Assembly (NCBI GenBank): GCA_012295275.1 | Contig: CM022672.1 | Span: forward strand, 16,306,001-16,370,000 | Source: Chrysomallon squamiferum | Lineage: Eukaryota > Animalia > Mollusca | Direction of reading: 5' to 3' | DNA: 64,000 nt | Program-made: the position numbers and the translations under genes | The notes under the pieces: model-generated | What the model saw: only the letters and a program-made list of their open reading frames with translations | Told to the model about the DNA's origin: nothing | Database searches by the model: none | Shown here: in pieces, positions 1 through 15,200 of the stretch | Layout of the letters: each line of letters begins with the position of its first letter | How positions within the stretch are numbered: position 1 is the stretch's first letter

Positions 1-1159
1 AAAAAAGCAATTCACATACATATAATTAATTTTTCTACATATTGTTATCTATAATGTACAAAATAGTCTGACACTGAATATGCTGGCTTTAGAATTTTTA
101 AATGTACAGTGATCAAATATGAATAACACGAACTGCAACAAATAAGCAAAATCAATCCAAAGATATTAAGTAGTTGAGAAATATTTACAATTTAATTACA
201 TATCAAAATTTTCATGCCATACATCTGAAATATCAGACTGGGAAAACTTCAAGGTATACAAAATACTACACATAAGAAACATTATGAATAAACAGTATTA
301 TTATTATTATTTTCTTTTTAAAGTGAAACAAAAAATACTGTATTATAACAGAATAACACTTTTGGAAAACAAATCAATCTAAAGTAGCAAAATTAACTCT
401 GAAAGCAATGTATATAACCTAAACTCATATTTAATACAAAAATGTTGGTTACATAAGTCATACTGAATTCAGATGTGTTACTGGTTAACTTTAATTCAAT
501 GTATCATCACTGCTGCTAGTTTCTGCAAACCATTAATATTTCATCACCAAATCAAATCAATAATTAAAATGAACAATCTTTAGCCTGTCATGCAATGTGA
601 CCAATTCTAATAATAAAACAAAGTGAAAATGAAGATTTATTTATATATATTTTTTTAAACATATATTTCATTATTCACTGACAATATGATTGTATATAAT
701 ATTGATGAATATTTACATAATACATTATAATACAAATATCTCACTGGTTTGTATTTAAAGGTAGTATGGTGATGTTCTATGCTCTGTAAAATATTAACTG
801 TTTGTCTGTCTCACAGATTTTATTTACATTTTACTGAGCTTCTGTTAGGTTAGGTTATGTCCAGCATCCCATTTCTTTACGTGAAATGTTTCACAAGAAC
901 AGTTGTTTGTTTGTTTCATGTACTACCTATTATGAGTTTTTCTTGGTTTATATCTTATACATCGAATATTTTACACTTTCTTATCTATAATGTTTTCATG
1001 TTTCAAAGAATTATTAATATTTTACTACACTAAAATACATAGAACTAAATATTCAATATAAGTTTAATGAAAGCATTTAATATGCTAAAACACTTAGAAC
1101 AGTTTTATGCATTTCACTGTTTTATGTTTCAATTAATTTTAAAACAGGCCCCTGTTATT

Positions 1160-1244
1160 TCAGACAGATGTTTCATTTGTGATTCCTTTTCTAGCCAGCT
1201 GTTCTCTCACTCTTTTCAGGTAATCTGGATCAGGATACCCATTT
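1160..1244 (-). CDS. DTX3L-like: Terminal exon, Deltex C-terminal (DTC) domain end
   Basis: After a ttttag acceptor it translates to NGYPDPDYLKRVREQLARKGITNETSV*, matching the Deltex/DTX3L C-terminal GYPDPxYLxRVxxEL.AKGI motif. Confidence 0.93.
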
Positions 1245-4200
1245 CTAAAATAAAAATAGCATAAAAACAATTACAGGAATTAATAAATATTTCATTCACA
1301 GAAATTCTACCCAATCAGCAACAGAGGAAAACAGTCTGACATTCAGACAAAATCCTGAAGGATAAACGTTTTTGACCCATGAAGAAAATACAAACTGTTG
1401 ATTGGGGTCCCTGTCTTAGTTTTGGATGAAGTTAAAGATTCATAGCAATAAATTTTCTGATATCATTTTGACATTATAAAATTACTCCATCATATCTAGA
1501 ACTAGGTGCTATACTTAAAAGTATATACTTTTTCTCATTAAAAAGAGATAAATAAAATAATTTTATTTTCATATAAAGAAATTTATTTCAGATGTTACGT
1601 ATGATAATTATATGAACAAATAAAAGAATGAAAAAAAAACTACACTTACTTTTCTGGACCTCCCCATGTATTTGTTTTATGTTCAATGTCACTCCATTTT
1701 ATAACGTTATCTGCCCCAATGATGAAAGTAAGTCCTCTGTCAAAAGCAATCTTCAACAATTTGTAGACTGTCCGACCTTCCTCATTATTTGGCAAATAAG
1801 CTTTCTTTCTTGTAGAATAATATTCCTTCCCTGGATTGGGATGTCCTTCCTGGAAATGGAAACACCAATTCGGTTAGTATAAAATCATTATTTAATTTAA
1901 TAATATGACTAAATTAAAAAATCTACTGTAAATTATAATAATGAACCACATTAATTAATAAGGTTAATATAGTATGAAAAAAAGTAGAGAAAAAAACACA
2001 ACAGAAAAAAGAAAGAATGTTTCTTGAAATTAATCTAATTTTGTTATGATTACATTAAGAAACAGCAAAACAAAAGTAACATGGAAGAAAGTAAAGAAAA
2101 CTAGGTCTGAATAATAAATAATTAAGAACTTACAGAACTGCATGAAAATGTTACTTTATCTTCTCATCTAATGTTAGTATAAGTAAAGATTGTTATATGC
2201 TTTATTAAATGAAATTTAACTAACAGTATACTACAGTCTGAGAAAATGGAATAAATTCATGTTGTTCTTGAATATCATTTTAAAAATTAGATTACTAGTA
2301 TCATTTGAAAGAAAAAGAAAAAAGTACACTTATATAAACCAGTTTTTGCTATATACACTGACGTTAATGAAATTTACTTGCTGGCAGCTATATAGTTACC
2401 TCTTCTGGTGCATTTATAGAAACTTAAACATATTAAAGTATTAGAATTAATAAATAAATATTGAATAAAAATATATTTTACTCATTATATGATTTATTTT
2501 AGTATACATAATTTTGTAACTATTTTGTGATGTACTGATTCTCAGCAGTAATCTTTTACATTTATCAAACAAATAAATTCTTTGGCATTTGATTGTGATA
2601 AATGCTTAGCTAATTCACATCTAAATAAATAACTGGCATGAAATATTTTGAACTGCACATTTTGCAGATCAGATAGGAGTAAATGATAGTTTTTAAAAAA
2701 GTAATTAAATAAATAAATAAAAAGTCTAAAAGTAGCCACAAATTTCTAATAGTTTTCTGACAAAACATATATATACATACTTGGATATGTATTATTATTT
2801 TCTGTACTCTTCCTCACTTAATAAATACTTTAGCTTTAATTCTGAAATTGAATTGATGTAAATATTTTCTGCAGATTACTAAATAATCATAATGTTTAGT
2901 GCTCTGATTAATGAAAATTAAACTATAGTGAATTGTATATAGGATATTTAAATCTTACCGACTGTGTGCCACCAGTAAGTGAATAATTAATGACTATTGT
3001 TCCATCATGAGGATATCCTTCCAGATGGAATCCATCAAAACTGAAGGACATTTGTCCCTTTGCCATATTTCCACAAACTGGTTTGTTTACTGAGGAACAA
3101 ACTGGACAGACAGATGAAAATTTATTTTTGCAGGTTTGACATAACAGATGTTTGCATTTCTGAAACACTGCAAGGGAAGAATCTTGTTGCTTGCAGGATG
3201 AACAGACATTTTTGTTTTCTCTGGATTCTGGTTTAGATAAGGCATTCGAAAAATGTAATTTTTTAAACTGTTCATAATTATCTTGCATTGTCTTAACATG
3301 AATTTGATTTTTATCAACAATTTGAACTTGTTTGAGAAATAGATTTGATTCTTTAGCAGCAAATTCCTCAACTGCTTCAAAGATCATTTTGGAGTAATCC
3401 TTTAGACAGACATCTGCAAAAAAACAACAAAAAAACATTAAAAAATATAACAAATAAAATAAATAAATAAATAGACCCCACACACATAAATATATAATAA
3501 TAATAAGAAGAAGAAAAAGCAGAAATAAAGAAAATGAAAGAAATAAATATCAGAAATGTATTTTATATTGAGCAAAAAATGATTCAAAGATATGTAGGAT
3601 ATGTTAAATTTATTGTCAATACAGTAATTCTTGCTAATATTTTTATTAATAAGAACACTTTAAATTATTAATCTATCATTGTGCTTTAACCAAGATAATA
3701 TAGATTGACCATTGTTTGCTTGCATAGATGCATTTCTCTATAACAAAGATGTAGGTAAATTTGGTTGAGACGATGTTTAAAATACTTCCTTAAACATATT
3801 CTTTTAATTAGAGGTTTATGTATTTGATAGATAAAAACAAATAACATTTTCTAGCCATTACAGCCAATTTAACTATCTAATGCACTAACTGACCAATATA
3901 CCTTTTGAGTCATCAACACAGGAAAAGCAACAGATGAAAGTTCTTGAGAGTTGGCAAAAGCAAAGATTTTACTAATAATCTCTTTAAGGTTAGAAATTTC
4001 TTTCAGATCAGATTTTAAGGATACCAAAGCATGTATGACCATTTTCTGAAGTTTTCCTTCTGTGGTTTGGAAAATATGTCCAATGGAGAACTGATTAACT
4101 GAATAAGCCTTCAAAGCTTTTCTGTATTCTTCTCCAGCAGCTTCAGAGATATCGTTGGGCACACTATGTTTTTCTGATAGATCTCTATCATGCCAGCAGA

Positions 4201-7200
4201 CTATGGCCTGAACATTTGAATGTAAAATGTTATCACAATATATTAATATGTCAGGTACTTTGTCACTTGTAGTTGTCACTTCTGAAGTATTATTTGACTT
4301 TTTTAATGTTTCATTAAATCTGACATTAGGTCTGTTTTTGGTGCTAACAGTTGAAATGTCAGATTTAGAGCTGAGCTGTTTCGTATTCTGCTGGATAACA
4401 GATTCATTACCAGCCTTTTCCTTTGATGCAGCTGATAGACTGGCAGAAGCAGAACTCTCATTTGCATCTTTTGTGTTAGCTGAAAACTGCCTTTTAGATC
4501 GTTTTGTAGGCTTAATTTTGTTAAGATAAAGATATGCTTTGGTTTTTGCCTTGTCTGTTGTGTCTCTATTATCACCAATTATCACCAGTTTGTCACAGCA
4601 GTATTTGCAAAAGACATCGCTGAATTCTTCCCCAAGTTTATTTTCAGCTTCTTTTGCTTTTTCTGATTCTGAAGATGAAATATCAATTTCAAATCTTATC
4701 ATACCTTCTATCTGATGATAAAGCTGCTTTGATTCATCAGGATTAGAAGAAATCTGAAAAGATAATTTCACTTTGTCGTTTACACATTCTGTGATACAAC
4801 ACTTTTCAAGCAGATGGTTTTTAATAATTTTCTTAACAGCCTCATAGTGACAAGAGTCAATAACAATTTCTTGAAACTGGTTAGGAATCATTTTTGAAGG
4901 AGAATGCTGTTGTGGTTGTTTCGGTCTTGCACCTTCTCCCATCTGATTAGATAGTCTATGTGAAAAATGAGCTACATCATACTGAGAATTTTGAAAACTA
5001 TTTATTATTTTGTAGACATCAATTAGGTGTGTAAAGGTTTTTGCTTTCACTGAAAAAGTTGGTGGGTTTGACTTTTCACATTTCATGACTTTTACACCAT
5101 CCAAAGTTTGGAGTTTCTCCAATAAATGATCATGTCCTTGACATCTAAGAATTGTTGGATTTATGTCTGCCATATGGTTGAAACTCTGAAGTACAGAAAT
5201 ACTTACTTTAAAAAAATTTAAAACACATATTTGTCTACTTATGTGGCTTCTAAAATATATATATAATTTTAAGAAAGAGAAATTAATATTTAAGTTCAAA
5301 CAAAATGATATATTGATTGGTATGTAGTAAGAATTGGAATTCTTAGAATTTGTTTTATGCTTCATGAATTTAATGTGTAAATAAAGATACATGATTTTTG
5401 TGTGAGGTTTTAATGGTGTATTCACACATACAAAAAATAAAATTACAAATGAAGTAAAAAATTAATTATAATGTCATGCTCTACACAGATATTAATAGAA
5501 AATAAATTAATTAACTGAGTATAATTTGATTTTCATTTCTGATCAAATCTACACTGTCTTTCAAATGATATCAAAATTTGGCCATCTGAAAATCACACAA
5601 ATTTTGGTATGTAGTAAACATTATGAAAATTAATTTATACCATTAAATAACAAACCTCAGTTTCTTCTGTATCTTGTGATTCTCTATCATCTGTAAATCA
5701 TTTTTGTAACAATTAAAATTTCAAATATAGCTGAACAAGAAAAATAAATAAAAGATTGAAATCGTCTTTATAAAATGAAAAGTTTGCATTATACTTAAAC
5801 ATATGTATTATTATTTATTTTAGTATTACAAAGTCTGAATATAAATTTAAAAGCTAAACAAACATTTTCAAGGGAGATAACTCTCAACATTTTAAAATCA
5901 ATTTACCAGCTCTTTCAGCATCTACAACCATGTTTTCTTGATTCTGGTAAAATATGTAAGAAATAGAATTATTAATAGTGCATCAATAAAATAAAAATAT
6001 TACACATATTGGTGACAACTTATGTAGAACATCAAAGTTTTAAATTTTTATTGTATCATAGGATCTCAAATACTAAAATTAATTTTGTCACCTATCAGAC
6101 AGATCAATAATTACTCATTTACAGTAAAATAAGAAAAGAAGAAACAAATAGAAAAAATGTGCAAAAACAAACCCCCTAAATAAAAAAGCAATAATATATT
6201 TTTACATTTAACCACAGTTGCAATACTATTTTTCTTAACTTTCAGTTAGATCAGAATTCATTACTAAAACCAAAATGTAAATATATCAAAAATATTCACT
6301 AAAAGGGATAACATTTTACCTTTTCAAATTGTGAAATTAAATTTTGTTTCGTTTTTTCATTTTTCTCAGATGAATTTGATGTAATCTTCAAAATTCCTAC
6401 ATTTTCTTCATCATGATCAGTGTCTTGGCTTGATAGAAGTCCTGAAAATATTTTAAACAAGGGTAAATGGAAATTCATTATAAAATAAATAATAATTGTA
6501 ATTATTGCATAACTGAGTTTAAAGAAAAAATATATTTGAAATATTAATTTATTTCTGAATGTAAATCATTTGTTAGGAAAATGAATTATTTGTGATATCA
6601 ATCTCAAACTAAAACTTACCAGTATAGGTCAGAACTTTTGAAAATAGTGATTGGCTGTTTCCATGCAGTATTTTTGCAAAGTTCTCATAGTCCTTTTTAT
6701 TGTGTACTGGTAGTGTGATGAGACATATATTCTTCTTAATCTCACTATCATTCAGACATTCCACCAAAGCCCTACATACCACTTCAGCATTCCTTGCTAA
6801 CAGGCCTGAAAATTGTTTGATCTTTTCATTAAATACAAATTCCACAAAATTAATAATTAAAAAAAAAGACAAAACAATTTCAACATATATAATCTTTCTA
6901 TTAATTTCAGTTAATTGAGAAAGAAAGTAAATTTTTCTCTTAATTTTTCTATCCTATTCCATTTTATTTGGTCAGAATATCTTTTAACTTTACAAAAGAA
7001 TGTCTGCAATTCTTAAGAGAACACTGCAATAAATGTAGAGAACACAACCATAGAAGCAACGGTAATTAATAAACTCAGTGCTTAATTAAAGTCCTTTTCA
7101 CTAAATAAATTAAGTTTTGAAATAGAATAATTTTAATATAGTTTTTTCAGTCAAAGATATATCAATTTACCATGTGCAGTAATAGGCATTTGCAATGTCT

Positions 7201-8072
7201 GTAAATACTGAGATGCTGCAATCTTCAAACTATTATTTATGGCTTCTTTTAGATTATTAGCAATATTCTGTTTTATCAAACAGTGAATCAACATCCTTGA
7301 AGCTGGCAAAGAGTGTGCTCTAGTTTTTACAAATCCATCAGTTTTAAGAGCTGAAACTTTAATAAAGAAGGATTAATTAATTATTTACCTAGTAACAGAG
7401 AAAGTAAGATATATATAGTGGTACCTTGACTTACAAGTTTATTTCATTCCATGACAGATTGTGTAACTCAATTTGTCATATATCAAATCAGTTTTCCCAA
7501 ATGAAATTAATTGAAATACCATTAATCCCTTCCAGTCCCACCCAAAAACCACCCCAATTTTTTGTAACTTGTTTTTGAATATGAAAAATGTATTTATAAA
7601 TGGCAAAAACTGTATAAAAACAAAACAAAACAGAAAGTAAAGAAATAAACTGGTTTTGTGAAGTATATTTATCTCGGAGATCATACAACCTGGCCTAACT
7701 GAAAATGCAAATTAAAAAAAAAAATTTGGCAAAATATTGCATAAAATGCAAGCACAACACAACAAAGATGCTTCCACAGTGAGGTAACCACATGAAGTAA
7801 ATGAGTGAAATGCAGGATACTAGCAGCGGCATATCTGAAGTTTGCTCGTAACTCAAACTTTGGCTTGTTATGAGCAGTTGTCTTGCAACTATATATATAT
7901 ACATACATACATACTGTGGTACCTTGACTTAAGAGTGCACCAACTCCAATTTTTTGTTTAGAGTTGCAAGCCAACTGCTCATAACTCAGAGAACTTGTAA
8001 GCTGGTGCACTCCTAAGTCAACGTACCACAGCATGTATGTATGTATATATATATAGTTGCATACATACATAC

Positions 8073-8145
<73 letters not shown>

Positions 8146-11100
8146 TTTACAGTATTACTGTTTATATCAATACCATTATTTTGTCTAAATAATATTTCAG
8201 TTAAGTGTAACAATTAATGCACCAAAAAAACTGATGTTCCATTTAATTTCATGTCTAGTGGTTAAAACCAGCATTAATTTCATTTATGTATTTACTTCCA
8301 TGGTCATGTTTAATGTTTTCAGAGCTTGGAATCATGATCATATCAAGTACATAAAAGTGACTATTTCTCGATATCATTTGATTTTTACCAGAACTGTTCT
8401 ACACTAAAAAGGTTAACTAACAACTAATGCACAACTTGTTTCAAAGAAAACACTAATTGATAAATATAAAAAAAAAAATCATTTCAGTTATAGAAAGAAG
8501 CACATATAATGAAATTTCATTTACTATTTAAAATAGGTAATCTCATTAGGAAGGATAGGGGCAGAAGTCCTGAGGATGAATCTTTTGTATTAATCCCTCA
8601 TAACATTAAATTAATTCACTAGTCAACAAATATTTTGAGAAGTTTGAATGAATGAAAATAATATTTCTGATTTGGCATGCTTAGTTTGAGACTGAATTCA
8701 TACAATGAAATTTCATGTAATCCCATTAGGAACAATAAGGGCACAAGTAATGGAAGAACTTTTTTTCTAATATTACCTTATAACATTAAATCAATTTACT
8801 AGACAGCAAATATTTTTTCGTTTGGTTATAAATGAAGATTTTGGTAGCTGAATTATTTTCTAATAAATAAAACATATTGGTATTTTAAAGTTTTCTACTT
8901 ACTGGATTCACTCAGTTTTATTGCTTTAATATCTTCATGTCTCATTAATGGATGTTCAGTTGTTTCTGGAAATTTGAAAGTTACAAACACTTAGATACAA
9001 TCAGATATTTGCTATATGCTGAATCGTTCACAATACACATGAGAAGATAAAAGCAATTTTTCTATCCTTTCAGAAAATCCTCTTTAAAAACATTTTTCTA
9101 ATTAAAAATTATTTTACTTTTAAACAACTTATTATTTTATTTATATGAATTATTTTTTTGTGACTAAAAAATAATATTATATTAATTATTAATGTGCTAG
9201 CCAACTCATTAAGAAAAAAAAAAGGATAATTAAAACAAGATAAAGGTGTAAGTATTGAGACGTTTTACCTGAATTCATTTACATTTCTGCAGTATTTAAA
9301 ATATAAAGTTTAATGAACTTCACCTGATAAATCCTCGCTTTCCCAGAAACAAAGAATAGCTTCAGATTTTCCTGCACATTGAGAGATATTTCCTAGAATG
9401 AGCTGAATATCAATACCATTGAAAGTGAAGATTCTTCCTGAAATGTTTAATTAAACATATAGAGTATCCAAATAGATAAAACACTGAGTAATGTAAAGAT
9501 TTTCTTTTTGATAAACCTTTAATTTGTGTTTGTATTAAAAAAAAAATCATTAAAACATTAGTAGAAATCTTCAAGTCAAATAAAAAGGGACTTTTGATTC
9601 GTCCTTAGATAGACCTTACAAATGTCCCATTACTTATACTCACAGGATCAAATATCTAGAACATAAATATGACCTGAAACCCTGTCAACAACTGAGTTTA
9701 GATACTGTATCACATGACTTTTGAAATAAATTAATAAAAATTAAAACATTTATATGTAAATAAAACAAGATCAACAATGATGTCCAGTGTTTGTAAACAT
9801 ATAATTTCATAAACATCTCATTTTCTTTCAGTAACATCAATAATAAATTTAATTCAGACTGAGTCTTCAATATAGATAACATAAATATTTCATAGCTTCA
9901 TCCATAAAACAATATATAGCCTATATTTAAACATAACTGCTGAATATTTAGAAAACACATTACTTAATAATGAATATAAAATGAAATTTCTAAGACAGTT
10001 TGGTTATTATAAATCCTATATCATGTAATGCACACACTATCAAGCATGGGTCAAGCTGACTGTCAGACAAAGACATCCTACACAAGAGACTGCTCTGATT
10101 AGCACACTGAATTTTCATTCATTCACTTATTAATGTTTAATAAAACAAAACAAACAAAATCTAAATTTATAATGCTGCTAATAATTCAGGAACTAACTGA
10201 AATTAAAAATTGTTACCTTTTTCTGCCCCATAACTTTTCTGCATGTACTTTGAGAGAAATATCTGAAACAGAAGATATTTAAATGTTTGCTAAACAATAC
10301 CATTTTCTGTTTGTAGTATGTATCCATACAAATTTGATTTAGTAATCCATTGTTTTTCTAAAATATGTTAGTAATTACTTAATTACCTTTTTGAATTTTG
10401 CCTTAGCAAATCATCTTTTTTATTTCTTTTTCAATGCTATTTTTTTCAGAAAATAATTATTGTTATGATTTGTTTTGTTTTGTTTTCTTTCTTTTTTTTT
10501 TTAGTTTTTTTTTTTTTTCTGGGAAACTGAAATCAAATATCAAAGTAAAAAGTGTAAAAATCTTGAAAACTTATATTTTCATTTTGATATATTGAAAGGA
10601 ATATTGCAGTACCAGAAAACCTTGACTGGAAATGAAATAATAATAATAACTGTCAAAGGCTAAGACATACCTTTTTAATTGTATTGTTAGAAGGACCATC
10701 ATATATAACAATGCCCACTTTCTCAATGGTGGAATCTTTCTTTTCTGTGAAATGTTTTTCCACAGCATTCAACATAGTTGTAACAACAATCTCTGGAGGA
10801 TAGTTTAAGTTTCCAGTACCAAGAGTAGGAAATGCAATTGTCTTGTAATGACATTTTTCACACAATGTCAGACATTCCAGAATGAAGTTAGTCATTAGGT
10901 GTGTCTATAGAAAATAAAGGCAACAGATAAATAAGGATGTTTTATTAATAAATTAATGCATCAGATCAGTTCCATTATGTTAATTATCATGTATGATATT
11001 TGATAATAAAGACAGAGTCATATTAAGATGTATCAAAATATGGATAAAAGAGTTGCATGCTTACTCATCACCACAAATGTTTCAGTTTATTTTTAAAGAT

Positions 11101-12201
11101 ATATTCTAGATGCTGTTTTATTCCATTATTTCAACATCATCATGTCTTAAGATGTATAACCACAAATTACAGTAATTCTGATTAATTTTAATGTTACAAG
11201 CAGCATGAAAAGTTTATTGTGCTATTGGGAATGTATATAATTTAGAGGCATGTATGACAGATAATCTAGAACAAACAATTAGATGCTGTTTGAAGGAACT
11301 CCCTCAGCAGAGTTATTAAATTATTTTTGTCATCAATCTTTAGTTGATGTTTGTATGTATATGTATTCATTTATCTCAATTTGCAGCATATTGTATGTTA
11401 TAATTGTTGGTACTGTATTGTCATTCTCACAGTCTGGTAGGTAAATCAAGTAACTTTGCCACCAGAGAGAATTACACAGTAACATGGAAGTACAGATAGA
11501 CTGGTCATATTAGAAGGGATTTAGCCTACTTTATTTTTAACTATAAATATTTTAAACCTCGATTTCAGATTTAAATAGTGTGAAAAGTCTTGGTTTACAT
11601 TAAAATGCACTGAATGAAGAATCTTAACATTGACAAAAATACTGTCACTAGACATTTGAATGTTTGAAGTGAACATTTAAAATGATTTATAAAGAAACAA
11701 AGATAAACAAATAAAGATAACTTTACAATATATATATTTTTTTGAATTCCTGAAATGCAAGAATTATAATGTGATGTTATTATTTTGTGACAAAATGTTA
11801 ATTACCTTTTTATCATACACTGGCAGAGCTCCATGAAATATTGCCTTAACTCCTGATAATCTTCCAGGTCCTGTGATTGCTACTTTCCCTTCTTCAATCC
11901 CCAAATAATAGTATTTTATACATTCTGTTTGAATCTGATCTCCTGCTGATTCAAGTAATGATTTTGAAATCATCCCTTTATTAAGATCTAAATCTGTGTT
12001 TGTGGAATTCACCAGAACATCCACCTAAAAAGAAACATATATTTTTCTACATTTATGAAAAAAGATTCCATTAAAGAATTAGATTTCATCTAATATTACA
12101 GATATTAATCCATAAAATAATAATAATAATAATAACAATAACAATAAACTGAAAAAAAAACTAATAACAAAACAATAACTAACTAACTAAAACTAACAAA
12201 A

Positions 12202-12237
<36 letters not shown>

Positions 12238-15200
12238 ATGAACAATGGAAATTTAACAATTTGCTTCAGTACCATACTTTATGCATGCACTGATATTAAA
12301 GGGCTGGTCCAAATAAAGACATATTTATTTGTTTTCCAAAAATATGTATTTACATGTAACTGGAATGGGAAATTACTTTAAAATCCATTTTTGAATTATA
12401 TTTCAATATAGATTTTTTAATGTTACTGGGATAAAAAGCAGGATAAATTTATGTGTGAAGTTCTATGTGACTGACCTGTGATTGAATGTTGAGAACTCAT
12501 GACATCACTATTATTTTCAATAACATCAGTACTGTTTTAAAGAAATTTTTGGACTAAATGATATAAGAGACAATACGAGAAAATACACAGTCAGTTATTA
12601 ATTAGTTATTCTCTGGGTTTCTAGGGACACATGGTTGTGATAATGAAAATGTAAAATAAATTATAGAGGAAAATATCATTTTTGGTAATGTCAAAATTAT
12701 TGTGAAACTGCCATCTTTATCCATCTTGGAAAAATGTAAGAATGAAATATTATTTCAATAGTAATTAGATATATTATATTTTCAGCATATCATTTGGATA
12801 GCCATTTTAAATATTAGCTGTTTATTGTAGAGAAATTCAGTTCATGTTTTGTACTCCTCTTTTCTATCACAAACATGGTTGAGAATTATCACTGATTTAA
12901 AAGTAAATCTAATTCTGAATAATATAAATGAACAAATGTATGACATTATAAATGACAGACTGAGGAGGTAGAGTTTAGAAAATAAAGAAGCTGATGTCAT
13001 AAGAAAAAGTGTAACTATTCTAAGGTTAAATTAAAACAGTATTTTTATTTTGTACCTTTTGCTTTGCAAGTTCTCCAAAATGAATGTCAATCTTTGAAAT
13101 ATATGATGTTACAGCATCTATTGAAGAAAATAAAAATCTTTAAGGAATTATTTTTTAATTAAGATTATTTAAAGTGACATGAATGAAGCAATAATGTTTA
13201 CAGTCATCTTGAAATCAAAATAATATGTACAGAAAGTACACTAATATCATTTGATTTTCTGAATATATGTACAGTTTATACACTGAAAGGAAGATTTACT
13301 AAAATAAAAAGACTTACCCTTTTCTTCTGATTTCCTTTTTCTAAGGAATTTATTCTTTGATAAAAATCAGAAAAGATTTTTTGGCAATACAAATGTGTCA
13401 TTTATCATATTTGTCAGTTTTAAAGCTTTCTCTCTTTTTTGTGTGACCAAAAAAATTTTGGTGATGGTAAAAATTCAGACATCTTGAAATCAAAATAATA
13501 TCTGTAATAAATTTACTTTTAATGTAAAGAAATAATATGTACAGAAAGTACTCTAATTTCATTTGATTTTCTGGATATATGTTCAGTTTATACACAGAAA
13601 GGCAGATTTATTGAAATAAAAAGACTTACCCTTTTCTTCTGATTTCTTTTTTCTAAGGAATTTATTCTTTGATAAAAATGAACTACTTTTTTCTTGCAAT
13701 ACAAATGTGTCATTTATCATATTTGTCAGTTGTAAAGCTTTCTCTCTTCTTTGTGTAACCAGGAAAAATTTGGTGATAGAAACAGCTTTGTTGTGGCTGG
13801 AGACAAAATCCCTAATTCCCATCATAATGAGTTCTGCCAGATGGCTCTCCAAAATATCTTCATATGACATATCAAACAACACAACTGTAACCTTTTTATT
13901 TTTATTCAGCTGTGTCAAAAGTTCTGTTATACTTTCTTTGCCATTATCTATGGATTTCTTTGAAGAAAAAACATTGTGAAAAACTATATTGTTTGAATAA
14001 TGTAAAACTTTTCCCCTTTGTTTTAGACTTTTCTTGAATTGCTGAGAAAGATCATCTGAAAAATAGAATATACAAATATATATTAATCAGATAATGTTTT
14101 TATATTTTCACATTTACTTTATTTATTAAATTTTAACCACAATTGCCTCTTTTTTATTACTGCTGTATTACCAATCATAATCAATCACACACACACACAC
14201 ACACACATATAAACCAAACAAACTAAAAAACAAAAAACATTTATTAAAGTATTAGTATTTAAAATGTCATAGTAACATTGTCATATGAATTATTTCTGGT
14301 GATTTTTTAAACTTTTATATCAATGCAAATCAAAGGGATAAAATAAACAAACAAATTTATTAAGTTGTAATTAATCTAATAATTATTTTATTTTATTTCT
14401 AGAATAATATTTGAAATTTACCTTTTGATGTTACTGCAGGGCTTGGAATTTGCTGTGTGAACTCATACATCACTGGAAAAACACAAACACTGCAATTTCC
14501 TGAATCAAAAAGTTCCTTAATTGAAATAATGTCCCCACTCATTACTGACAGAGTCACTGGATCATCTTTTTTCACTGAGTTCATTGTCCAACAGTCTACC
14601 TCATCTGGTTGCCATCCATCTACAACTGTTATCATGCAGTTATTAGTTTTTTCTTCATCACATATTATTTTCATGCCATTATTTGTGCTGTAGAAGTTGA
14701 ATGAATCTTCATCTAATGGTAGATCATCAGTATACAGCTGTTTTGACATATTTTTTATAGCTTCCACAGTTGAGTGTACCGCATCCATGTTTTGTCCTTT
14801 TACAACTAACATTTGTTTATTATGTGTTGAAGCATTTATTTTAGTTTTATACTTTATCTGAATGGCTTGCATTTCTTCAGAGCTGAATTTGTTTAAATAG
14901 TCAATTTTCTCTAGTGATAATAGTACAGACCCTTCACAATCACCATTCTCATTTTGTGAAAATGAGCTGTTTTCTGGTGATGAGACTGTTATTTCAGCCT
15001 TCAGTTTCTCAATTTTGTCATATACTTCAGCTGCATATGCTTTTAAACCAACAATCTCATATCCAGTATCTTCACCACCAGTAATTTTTTAACAAGTAGA
15101 GTTTCACTGTCATACTGTCTTGACAGTTTCTCTTCAATTTTATCCAAAATGCTTTTTCAATCACAATCTTCTTTTCCTCAAAATTTGTAAAATAATTTGT

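Noticed and set aside
5186-5425. N-terminal extension of the 518-aa ORF as a separate gene start
   Set aside because: AT-rich intron sequence upstream of a clear acceptor at 5186-5187; not conserved as an ORF in copy B.
9674-9704. Possible 31-nt exon (YLNSVVDRVS)
   Set aside because: Phase conflicts with the upstream 46-nt exon in both copies, and skipping it keeps the frame; an 18-nt version cannot be excluded.
10521-10534. Intronic GGGAAACTGAAATC IRF-like motif (also at ~41563)
   Set aside because: Single isolated match in AT-rich DNA with no companion motifs; conservation only reflects the recent duplication.
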